Of a stretch of 64,000 nucleotides of DNA, positions 1 to 12,127 are shown piece by piece. The position numbers and the translations under genes were made by a program. This stretch comes from Callorhinchus milii. Its lineage: Eukaryota. Location: the NCBI RefSeq assembly GCF_018977255.1, contig NW_024704742.1, positions 15,440,001 to 15,504,000 of the forward strand, in the 5' to 3' direction. Positions within the stretch are counted from its first letter, which is position 1, and each line of letters starts with the position of its first letter. The notes below the pieces were generated by a model. It did no database searches, was not told where the DNA came from, and saw only the letters and a list, made by a program, of their open reading frames with translations.

Positions 1-559
1 ACTATTTCAAGCATGTGTGGAGTCAATAAAGAGCAACGCTGCTGGTTATAACAGCCATCGGATAATCTCTGGAAGGAATAATATGTTGCCTGGAAAATAC
101 AACACTTTACAGTATTCAATCTGTAAAATAATTCCTAACTTGCTTTTTCCAGATACTTTTTGCATTTAAAACTGAATTCAACAATTTTCCAAATTCTGCA
201 TGTTCTGAAATGCTACATTAATAAAAAAATCTACACGCGTAAAATTTCTACACAGCACACACAAAGTTCAGCATAATGTTAGGAATTTGAACTCACAGTC
301 CAGGTTGACACTGCAGTGCAGTGGAGGGTGGGGTGCACTGATTTATGTTGTCTCCCTGGGGAAAAGTGTGCATTAGTTTTTCTCTCCAACTCTCATTTTC
401 TCACTCATTTTCTCGTACTTACTCACTCTTTGCCTCACACAGTTACTTTCTCACACCCTCCAAGAAGTGTAATGCAAGGGATATTGTCTTGGAACTACAT
501 GTCCTGGCAAGTCTTGCACGACCCATGTTACCCCTTCATGATGCCCTCCGGATATAGTT

Positions 560-1010
560 ATTGTAGCTTGTGTGGGAGGAGCTAGGGAGTTCAGCGAGTA
601 GGGTGTTCCAATAATCAAGCCTGGATGCAATGAAGGTGTAAATGAGAAACTCGGTAGCCAAGTGGAGAGAGGTAGTGGCAGAGAAGGGGCGATGTTGCAG
701 AGATGAGGGAAAGCCGAACGAATGAGAATCTGGATGTAGGGTTTGGTTTGGCCCAAAGCCAACTCAAAAATGTGTTCACTGCCAGGAAATTTTGTGGTTA
801 GTGATGGTGGAGTGGTCGCCATTGCTGTTGAACAAGGAGGCCAATGCTGTTTCACAAGAAATCAGATTAAGACAGACTCTCCCAGTCCTGATACTGTTCC
901 CAACACATGTGGGAGGCTGATTAGAATTCCTATATGGTGGAATGTGTATCCTGGTGGATTGGCCTCAGTGAGCAGGAAGTTGTGATCAGATTCAGTGAGG
1001 CCTGGAACAT
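560..1010 (-). mobile_element. Ancient L2 ORF2 fragment
   Basis: PYIQILIRSAFPHLCNIA resembles PHIRTTTGTAFHHLRNIA of the young L2 copies. Confidence 0.6.
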
Positions 1011-2535
1011 TAACGTGCTAACCTTTAGTCAAAAGCCACAATCTGTGAACCGGAAGTCAAAAGCCTATCCAGCTTAGCATCTGTTGGCACCTTGTAGTGT
1101 TGGAGATAAAGGAGAAAGTATGTCTCTGCAATTTTTAATTTTAAACTGTATATTAGAACCCCAGACATGCAGAGGGCTACCAAAATAGGCTTCACGTTTA
1201 CAAATTAATATCAAACATAGCTTGCACAAAATGTAAATGTTTTTTCCCCTCTGACTAAATCACCAGCACCTGAGAACAAAATTTTATTTTATCAGTAACA
1301 ATATGAGATGGAGATCATCTCTCCTCCTACACGTTCTCCTGGATGTGCCTCTGTCAGCTGCAGGCCACAATGTTTTTCAGAAGTGTGACTTATTTTGGTT
1401 CAGTCTCATTTCCTGCTGCCACCCCAATTTTCAGCTTGTGGCACTTGCTGCACATGAATTTCGACTGTTTCTGCTAACCAGATAACCTCTTTTAATCATT
1501 CTGCCCCCGCTCTCTGGAATGGAACTCTTAACCCAGAGTCCCTCTGCCACATTCCTCCCGCCACACCCTTAAAACCCATTTTAAGAACTGTTTCACAAAA
1601 CACCCTTTTGGTCATCCTTCTCCCTATCCCCAACCCTTCTCACCTCCCCTGCCGTGCTTGGGTCCTCAGAAAGCTGTGTCAAGTGCTTTAAGATGAAAGT
1701 TTGCATTGTATTGTATTTGAATGCTTGGAATATGTAAAATACAACAATACAATTAATATTTATGCAGCAACTCACCACAAAAACAAATTATGTTTGTATA
1801 GCGCCTCACATTGGGAGGACATCTCAAAGTGGTTGACACTGCTTGCTGGGCACCCAAGCTGGTAATAGGAGCCAAGGGGTGGTGGGGGGGTGGGGGTGGG
1901 GGAGGGGTAGTTGGTGACTAATAGCATAGTTAAAGAATTGATATAGGACTTGATCAAGGGCCATCTCAAGATCAAGATTGATTTTGATGAAGAAGGCTCT
2001 TCAGTCATTTGATCTTATCCCATCAGAATATACATCCTACCATCTGCCCATCACAGCATCAAGCTGTTTTTTCTAAGTTGAACCCAGTGTCCTGGCCTCA
2101 ACCACACTTCCTGGTAACCTGTTCCAGTCATTATTTGTCCTCCAGATAAAGAAAAACTTTCTGGTGTCTGTCCTGAGTTTGCACTTTGCAATTCAAATAC
2201 TTGTCCTCTCGTTCAATTGAAAGCAATAATGAGACCAACTTTAAGAATGTATAATGTAGATGAACTAGAAGAGGGCTTTGAAACGTAATACATTTCATCC
2301 TATTACACTCCAACCAACCACCAAACTGTACACATACTGCATCATTATATTCTCATCTCATTTCCAACTAGTTTAACTGGTTTAGTTGGTGCAACCATAA
2401 CTAGGCCAGTTACAACACAAGATTTTTTCTTAAACTATGGCCCTAAGTAGAATTGGCCTGTCACTGTTTTACCATGAGCTTTGTGCTGACAATGCTATTC
2501 CAGGAACATGTGCTTACATGATTCCACATCACTCG

Positions 2536-3034
2536 CGACCACATCACTCCCATCCTCGCTCGCCTCCACTGGCTTCCCATCCCCCAGAGGATCGAATTCA
2601 AGATCCTCATCCTCACCTACAAGGTCATTCATGGCCTTGCTCCCTCCTACTCCGCGACCTACTATCCCCCTACCTACCTGCCTGTACCCTCCATTCCTCT
2701 GGCTCTGGTCTGCTCCACATCCCCTGCCCCAACCGCCCTACCATCGGTGGCCGGGCCTTCAGCCTCTCAGCCCCTAGGCTCTGGAACTCTATCCCCCAGT
2801 GCCTTCGCCTTGCCTCCTCCCTTTCCTCCTTCAAGGCCGGTCTCAAGACCTTTCTCTTTGACTGTGCCTTCAGCTCCCCTCTCGACTCTCTACCCCCTCC
2901 TTGCTCCCTCCCTTCCCTCCCCTCACCCTGACCATTTCCCCCCTGCTCGGGTCCTGACCCAACTGTCCAGCGCTTTGGGATGTCCTCCCGACGTGAAAGG
3001 CACTCTATAAATGGAATCTTGTTGTTGTTGTTGT
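2536..3034 (+). mobile_element. L2 3' fragment
   Basis: Encodes RPTIGGRAFSLSAPRLWNSIPQ; same 3'UTR and (TTG)n tail as the long copies. Confidence 0.93.
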
Positions 3035-3699
3035 AGCTGACTATTTGATCAAAGACCATCTGTCCACTATTAGTCTGAAGCAGTTCCTCACCACAATTCA
3101 ATAATTAACATTTAATGGGAGTGAAACTCTGATCACCAATAAATGTACTAATCCTGGCAGTAAGCTCAGAATGGAGAGTGCCAATGATAAGCTTACAATG
3201 GCAAGTTCTTTAAACTTACCAACCAACAGAGAATCAGGCATGTTCACTCTCTCTGATCAATACAGTTATCAACAGATGGAGAATTCACCCATTACCCACC
3301 CCCCACCACACTTCTATTGCGTTAATATGAAGTCTAATAATATTCTTGTGCTGCATACAGTCACAAATCTCACTCCCACCCCCCTCTGCTTTCCATCCCT
3401 CCTGACCCCAACTCCCAGCTTGGGTCCAAAAACCCCTGACTGCAGCGCCCTGCGATGTCTTTCTGACTTGAAGAGTGCTATACAAGTGTAATTTGTAGTT
3501 GTTCCTTGCAGTCAAGTAAAGTTGAGAAACAAATCAGAAATAGCATCCTGATAAATTACTGTTGGTTTGTTTTCAAACTTCTGCCTGATAAACCTACACA
3601 AAACCACAGATAGATATCAGTTCAAACGGTGGGTGAAAATTGTAGCCTTTTATGAGAAAGAACTTGTATGAAGCACTTAAAATTTCACCTCAACATGTG

Positions 3700-4149
3700 A
3701 TTCAAGATCCTCGAATTCAAGATCCTCATCCTCACCTACAAGGCCATTCACGGCCTTGCTCCCTCCTACCTCTCCAACCTACTATTCCCCTATCTATACC
3801 CTCCGTTCCTCTGGCTCCGATCTGCTCCACATTCCCCCGTCCCAACCGCCCTACCATCGCTGGCCGGGCCTTCAGCCTCTCAGCCCCGAGGTTCTGAAAC
3901 TCTATCCCCCAGTGCCTTCGCCTTGCCTCCTCCCTTTCCTCCTTCAAGGCCGGTCTCAAGACCTTTCTCTTTGACCGTGCCTTCAACTCCCCTCTCAACT
4001 CTCTACCCCCTCCTCACCCACTCCCTTCCCTCCCCTCACCCTGACCATTTCCCCCCTGCTCGGGTCCTGACCCAACTGTCCAGCACTTTGGGACGTCCTC
4101 CCGACGTGAAAGGTGCTCTATAAATGGAATCTTGTTGTTGTTGTTGTTG
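3700..4149 (+). mobile_element. L2 3' fragment
   Basis: Near-identical to the 2.5-3.0 kb copy; (TTG)n tail; short duplicated ttcaagatcctc at the 5' junction. Confidence 0.93.
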
Positions 4150-7100
4150 ATTGTTCTTAAGAATAAGACAGCCAGGACTAAGCAGGTATGTTTCTGAACC
4201 GTAGGGATTCGAAAACCTCTCTTGAAATCCATCAAAATCAATAATGTTATTAGCCCATAATGTAAAACTCTTTCAGTGTCTGTGAAACAGAAACAATATT
4301 CAGATGTACCCCAAAGGGAGAGGCAGATTGTGACTGAAACAATAATAGAATTACCAACCTTTTACATCTACATATCTGTTGCTGGTATATAATACTGCAA
4401 GGTTTGTCTCTCCTTAACCTGAAAGGGGGATTGAGCAGATGTGGCAATTCATTTTCCTGTGTGAGGTCAGGTAACTTAAATACTTGCATGAGGTGCATGA
4501 GTTTTGTATAAAAAACAAATGGTATCAAAGGCAACAGGTGCAGCTAAACAAGCAAACCCAAAACTAAGCAAAACCTAAAGGCAAAATACAAGAGTGACAA
4601 ACCAGAGGGTCAGCAGTGAGAGAGGCCTCACCACCCTTTACATGAAAGAGGGTTTCATCGCCAGCTTATTATTTATAAATCATTCACAACATTGCGATTA
4701 ATTTTACAGTCCTTTTGTTTTCAACTTTCTGCAAGCATATAGGTTTTCACTGACAATATTGAATGTCAAGCTTTCCTGCCCTCCTGCTGATACTCTTCAC
4801 AAGATTGCAAGAGAGGTTTGGGTGAATGAGATCCTTCAGCCCATTTGATCTCATCCTTCCAGAACACCTGCCCGACCGTCTTCCCATCACAGCATCAAGC
4901 TGTTTCTTTAATAAGTACTCTGTCTTGATCTCTGGTCCCTATCTTTTTCCTAGTTACCTATTCACTGACTCAATAAATCTGCTACAGATGAAAACTGTGG
5001 TGTATCTATTCAGTATGTCAAAAGAAAGTTTTTGTTCATATACTTGGGAGTTTGTAGAAGCTGCTGGAAAATGCCAATGTTTAATAGATCCTTGTGGAAA
5101 GTCATATCAAAGCTTAATAGATCAAATGAAACATTTTTAAGCAGTAATGCAATGGTGAAGTGTGTTGCATCAGATGTTATAATTAGGAGGCCCTAAAGCA
5201 CATCATCCACACACTTATAATATCATCTAGGCTGACATTCCAATACAGCTGTATTGTTGGAGGTGCTGTCCTTCGGATGTGATGTTAATACTGTGCTATC
5301 TTTTACCTGTTCAGGTGGATGTTGAAGATCCAATGGCACTATTCAAAAAGAGAACGTCTTTTTTCTCAGTGTCCTTGCCAAAAATTAAGTAAATAAAATT
5401 GGTTCATGGCTGTTTAACTCATTATTAATATTATTAACTTAAGGATTTCACGTTAGGCTCAGACGATGGCTTATCTCACACCATTTCCTTCATCTGTGAA
5501 TAACTACAGACTCTTCAGACAGCGTAACAAAGTGAACATCAACATACAAGTAAAACAGCCCATATTGAGAAGGCATGGATATATGTAAATGGACAAACAT
5601 GTTATTAAACAAATAATACATTTCCCAATTCTGCTTTGGTTTCCAGTAATATCCAGTAAATAGCCCGAATTGTGAAAAAAGCATCATTAATTACTTTGTA
5701 GTGCTGATTCAAAATGGACTATTATATCTTATGCTTCATATTGCCAATGTGTCTATGTGGGCTAATCAGGCTGCATTTATTTAGCTTCATAACATCTGCC
5801 TGTATGCTTATGAATTATACTTAGATTTGATACAGTGTCCACAAAATGAGCTACTTTGAAGTGTATTGATTGTTTTGTAGACATGTGTAGCAGCTAATAT
5901 GGACCAGCTACATCTCAGAGAAGCATTGAGATGAATGACTAATCAAGTCTTCAGTCATTACGCTTCCAGCCTTTGGAACTCCCTGCCTCTATCTTTTCAC
6001 CTACACCTCGCCCCCTCTCTACACTTCTTAAAAAACAACCATCACCTTTCAACTGTGGCTATAGGCCCCTCGCCCCCTTCCCCTTTCTCCTACTTCAGCA
6101 TCCAACCCTGGAAACATTATGTACTCTGAGACATTATCTTATATAAATGGTGCTATATAAATACAAGTTGTTTTCGTTAATCTGCTTTTGGCGCTTTTGG
6201 ATGAGGGAGGAATATTTGCCAGGATACCAGTTGGGTGAATTCCACCTGGGCCTAGATTTACTCTATTTATGTAATATTTCAGAGCACAAATTCCTAAATA
6301 CAACCATAATTTTGAAGCCAACTTTTTTAAGTTATTTTAGGAACAGCAGAAAAGCGACTTCAAAGTTAGGTCTGAATTCAACAAATTTCGGAACACTGAG
6401 AAATGTTACACAAATATAGTAAATCTAGACCAAGGCGGTCATACTCTCGTGTAGTTTGTAACTGGAATTCTCTTTCAGAATGTTGAACTGCTAAATATGT
6501 GCTGAGTGATGTTCTTCCCCTCCCCTCCCTTCCCCGCCCCTGACCCCAGCTCAGGTCTGAAATGCTGTACTCTGTCCAGCGCCTTGGGACGTCCTCCCGA
6601 CATGAAAGGCGCTACACAAATGTAATCTTGTTGTTGTTGTGTTTGACCAGAAAATAAAAAGCTCATTCTCCCATTAGTTTGCTATAGTAGATTGCTCAAA
6701 GTAGCTATCTAAATTTGTATGGAGTGAAATACATACCTTACTGCATGCATGATCTGCTCCCTGCTGCTTTGTTGTGGGCCCAGAAGTGTCATCAGGCCTC
6801 TGTTCCCATTCTTCAGCTGTTCACAAATTGACGAGAAAATAAATGTACTAGTCAAATATTGCATCAAACTGGGTTCAACTCCACAATACACAACCACTAC
6901 ACTTTACAGTAAATCCCGTGAAGTGCTTTGAGACGTCCTCCCAATGTAAAAGGCACGATATCAAGTGCAAGTAATATATGAATATATATATTAACAAGTT
7001 CATAAGCAAATCTTAGTTTAATAGATTTAATATTTGTTTGCATGTTCCATTATTTAGAACAATGTATTGTTATGTTATTCACAAACTGCGTAGAGCAGCA

Positions 7101-7221
7101 ACTTCTGGTTCGTGAATACTGCATTTTCAACTTCAATATCAAGCTGTAGAAGCTTAGCCTCGAGTATTTAAATTCTGTCGCAAAACACACACTTCCCCTT
7201 CCACTAGTTATCTAACTGGCC

Positions 7222-7546
7222 AATAATAATAATAATAATCCTTGCATTTGATATAACGCTTTTCATGTCGGGAGGACGTCCCAAAGCGCTTCACAGAACA
7301 CACTGTAAAGTGAATTGACTGTATATTTGTGGGCGAACACAGCAGCCAATTGCGCACAGCAATGTCCCACAAACAATCGTAGATTGAAAATGACCAATTT
7401 ATTATTGTTTTTGGTTTTGGAGGGATTATTATTAGGCTCTGTGTGGTGTAAGGAAACTTGCCCAAGGTTTCGCCCTCTGCCTGGAATTGAACTCAGGTCT
7501 CTTACTTGCAAAGTGAGTGCTCTCACCACTGAGCTACAGGACTCCA
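7222..7546 (-). mobile_element. tRNA-derived SINE (short subfamily)
   Basis: Reverse complement near-identical to the 50981 and 58758 copies. Confidence 0.92.
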
Positions 7547-9590
7547 ATAGTAAGTGTGTAAGAGCAATGTCCCTTCTAACTTATCTTCCCTCACTGTTAG
7601 GATGGAGTTTCGTTTCTAGATCTATCGACCTCCAAAACTATCCCATTTAAAGCAACATTATGAAGGTTTAAGTCCGCGTTTTACCAAAAAAAATACATAT
7701 TCCTTCGAAGACAAAGTCTCGCAGATTATGACTGATGATTCTATCTACTAACCAGAAAACCAAAATAAAGTAAATTATAAAGAAGTCATCTGTTTCAGGA
7801 AGAGCGAGTTGCCCTGAAACCAGTGTCAAGGCAGCACACACTCCCATAGTCTCAAATCTGGGTCTCAAAACACTAAAAGGCAATGCAGGACCAGTTTCCA
7901 CTTCCTCAAAGCTTTGTTGGACATTGCTATGCACAAATTAGCTGCCTGGCACATGTGCCTACAAATACTACTGAGTCACTGCACTTAACAATAATTACTG
8001 TAAAGTGCTTTGGAACGTTTTGACCCTGTAGTCGCTATATTAAACGAAAGTATTATTGTTATTTTATTATACCACATTTAGTACTGAGCATGCAAGCTGA
8101 TGAAAACAAGAAACTAGTCAAATACAGAGAATGAGAGACATACATTAAGACTAGCTATGCAGTGTTAAGCTTGTCTGCATACCATTATTACCACTGTGTG
8201 CAGAACTGAGTTCTGACTACTACCTTTATTGACTAAAAACATTCCTGTTACTGGAAAATGTAAGTGAAAAAAAGTGACATTTGAAAAAATGATTTCACAT
8301 ATTATCATCTGAAATTTACATTTCTTCCTCCTCACCGCAGTCTGTGTATTTATTCCTTTTTTTTCAGCTGTCACTTTCTAACCTTCTGACTCAAGACCTC
8401 TGAGTCTGAAGCCTTTTTTCCCATAACTAGCTCCCTCTGCTGGATTCATCATATATACAATACAATACCTTAAACAGGCCAACTGAGGCCCACGTTTCTC
8501 AAGCTGTTGGGTTAGGGCCATTTTTTAAAGATATTAAGGTAGAGCAGAATTTAGGAGCTGTTTTAGTTGATTTAAAATTAGAAACCATTTTCATAGTTCT
8601 TTTTAGACCATAAAGTTTTTTCCGCCTTTGGATAACGTGACCCCAAGAACATTTAAGGGATAATGTATAATGTTATTATGGATCATATTATGTCGTATTC
8701 AGGGCAGTCAATAGACCAGACAATTTTGCCCTTACCAATGATGTGCTCTCAATTAATTTAGGATTTTTAGTCATTACACTTGTTTCAAATGAAAATCACA
8801 GAAAAGTGGCCTGAATAGCTGGTTTCCCTTAATACTGAGATGCCCAGCAGGGGAGATCTGTTATATTAAAACACCAGTTGTTAATAACATTTAAAAAGCA
8901 ATACCCAATATCAGACAGTCAGTAATTATAACATGAATGACTGAATTATGAGCATGTAAACACCCACATAGGAATCACAAGATTAGTTTGGGTGAACAAA
9001 TGGGGAGGAAAATGAGCCAATGGGGAGATTGGAAGATCATTTATTTTACACACTAGTAGTTATGATATGGAATGCACTGCCAGAAGCAATAGTTGAGGCA
9101 GAATCAAAAGGAACTATATAAAAAATGAGTAATCTACAGTGATATGGGTTAAGGGCAGGTAAATGGGACTGAAATGATTGCTTTCAAGAGAGTCAGCACA
9201 GATCCAATTGGCCAAATGGCCTTTTTCTGTACAGTAAATTTCTATGGTTTAATGATTCTAAGAAGGCACTTTGGCCCACTTTAGCTCATCCTTCAAGAAT
9301 CCCCCCCTACCCAGCTTCCCATTACAGCATCAAGCAATTTCTTAGACAAACAACAGGAAGGGTAGTTGAGTCCGGCATCCTGACATGACCCACACTTCCT
9401 GGTAATCTCTTCCAGTCATTAATTACCCTTTGGGTAAAGGAATACTTCTTGGTATCTGTTCTGAAATTTCTGTTTGCAACACTAAACTTATGTCATCTTT
9501 TCCGGCTGTAACCTCTGACCTATGTAATTAGAAAATCTCCATGCTTTACTCATGCAGAATGCCAATTCTGTGATCTAGATCAGTATGGTC

Positions 9591-9810
9591 AAAGAGACGG
9601 AGGGAAAAGAAAGAGGGGGGAGTGAGAGGATGGGAGAGAGAGGGGCGAGAGAAAGGAGGGGAAAGAGAGAGAGATGAGGGGAAAGAGAAAGGAGGGGCGA
9701 GAGAAACAGAGGGGAGAAAGAGTGGGGGGAGAGAGAGAGAGTGGGAGAGAGAGAAAAGGGGAGAGAGAGAGAGAGAGATCGAGAGAGAGGGAGGAGAGAG
9801 AGGAAGGGGA
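9591..9810. repeat. GA-rich polypurine tract
   Basis: About 220 bp of almost pure A/G with (GA)n runs. Confidence 0.9.
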
Positions 9811-12127
9811 ATTCTAGTGTTTCATATCAAATGAGATATGATTAGGTCTGATATGAAAATGTTGCCAATTCCACCCCAAAAATAGAAATGCTAAAAATCC
9901 ACTGGAGGTCAAACAGAAAGAAAAAAATTGGTCAACTGTTTCAATAAAGGGTCAGATCCCGAAACGTGGTTAACTTATTGTTCTCTTTCACATGTTGTTG
10001 ATTTACGATATTTCTGTTTTTCTTTCAAGAAGTTTGAATGGTGATGTACTTTTTGCATCCACATTATTCACCCTACAAATCACTTGCAGTTTTGGCAAAT
10101 CAATATTTTGTTAAATTACATGTCCGAAAGATAAATAAAATTGTGTGTTTGCAGTGAGTGAGTGTGATGGATCATATTTTTGAAATTGCATTTTTGAAAA
10201 GAATTTCAGCATTACTCTGGAAAGAAACCAATTGTTCTTCACAGATGTAGCGGAGTGGGCAGAGGGGAATACCAAGCATTACCTTTCACACATCTATTGC
10301 TTTTTGAATCTCTGAATGAAATGAATGGACATTATTAGTCACCTTTTCTTGTTAAAAGTTAAATAACACTTTTCCCTCCTATGTGATTTCAGCTCTTGTG
10401 GGTTCACCAGCCCCTTAAAATTCCAGCCAACACAGAAAGCCCAAAAAACATAATTGTTTTTGCTACAAAACAATAGCTTCTGGCCCTGTAACTCTGCATT
10501 ACAGGGGTTCAATTAATTTTGACAGATGTGCCGAGTGTGCACATGGCTGGGACTGTGCAGCTACTGCATGGATGCTCCACACCATCATTTATTTAATGCA
10601 TTGGCTCAGATTTGTTTTGTTAATTTTGAAACTATGTAGATAATAACTGTGCTACCTTTTCCAACAGTAGGAAGTTACAGTTAACTCTCTTATCTTGGAT
10701 AATAGAATTGGTCTGTTTTCTCAAAAAAAACTAAAATATTTGTTAAATAATGGAATTGTTGATAATTCTTTGCATTTTATTGTATAAATAATGCGAGCCA
10801 TGGCTGATAATTGTCCTTCCTTTCTCCAGCTCAATATGAGCACAAAATACATCACAGGATCGTCAGTTAGCTTTATGCATTAACAATAATAATAATGATA
10901 ATCTTTGCATTTGATATAGTGCTTTGTCACATCAGAGCACTTCATAGGATTTACTGGGAAGTGAAGCAATTGTGTATTTGTAGGCAAATGCAGCAGCAGA
11001 ATTGTGCACACCAATGTCCCATAAACGCCATGAAATGAATGACCAATTTTATTTTGGGGATTGTTGATCAGGATACCAGGAGAAACTCCCTTCTTTTTTG
11101 AATAGGATCTTTAACGTCCACTTTAACATGCAGATGGGACCTCAATTTAATGTTTCATCTAAAGGATGGGTGAAGCAGATTGTGCCCCTCCTGGGAGAGA
11201 CTGAGCCATCCATTCCAGACACAGAGAAATTTCCGTGTGTAGGTGGCATATGTGTAACGCTCAATCTGGTTTGGGCATTCTTGTGCACAGTGATAGTTTG
11301 CTGCAAATGTCAGACACCCGACAAACCCAAAACAATATTTTCTGTTCCTAATCGCATTGGTAAGATGTTCAGATAAGTACATATTCAGAGCTTTGGTATT
11401 GATTACAGTTTTTAGATGATAATGAATCATTTATATGATTAATTTAGAAATGAGATTGCACAAACTCAACTCATACAATACTTTTTGTTATAAATGATTA
11501 AAAAAACACAATATAAACTAGGCTTACTTATGTATAAATGTAATACTTTCATGTGATCGAATCAGCTGCCATACTTAGATTTTATATTGGAATTTAGCAA
11601 TAAACATAGAATGTTTTAAATACATACATCAATACACTATATTCCAAACAACACATGTTGGTCCCTGTGTATACACCAGTCCCATTGTAATGAACAATCT
11701 TTTCTCAATCTAAAAACTCATTTTGTACTGCAGGTTCAATATTGTCATTGAGTGTCACTGTACATTTATTCTCTCTCTAAAATGCAGACCTAATGTCCTA
11801 ATGGCCGCTGATGTGCAAGCTGTTCACATGTCCTATCATACAACTGACAAACATTTTAACAAGCAAGTATTTGATGTCACAGTTTAAAATATATGTTAGA
11901 CCAAAAATATCACAACCATAATCCATATCATTTTTGGATAAACATTCAGTCAAAATGTAGTCAATGTGAACAAATCTACAAATGTTCTGGTTTACAGCTA
12001 AGAAATAGTTAAAATAAACAATGACAGTTAATTTACTAATCTCAAACTGTTATTATGTATTATAGGATAGAAAGGTCAAAGTACTTACTCTAATGGAATT
12101 CCCCCCTAACATGTATTTCTATTTACA

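Noticed and set aside
4250..4534. Minus-strand ORF with ICRCKR and an acceptor at ~4420
   Set aside because: No third or fourth Cys; joining it to the 19568 ATG gives only a 17-aa peptide.
5058..5140. AAGKCQCL after a possible acceptor
   Set aside because: Following sequence lacks chemokine spacing, stops early and has no partner exons.
7208..7465. Recurrent ORFs ending [12 protein letters not shown] (also at 18921, 37099, 51151, 58704) that look like a gene family
   Set aside because: Translations of the SINE core and (TTA)n tail.
11200..11376. Cys-containing ORFs on both strands with a GTAAG donor
   Set aside because: No recognisable domain, ORF starts in SINE-derived sequence, and no partner exons.
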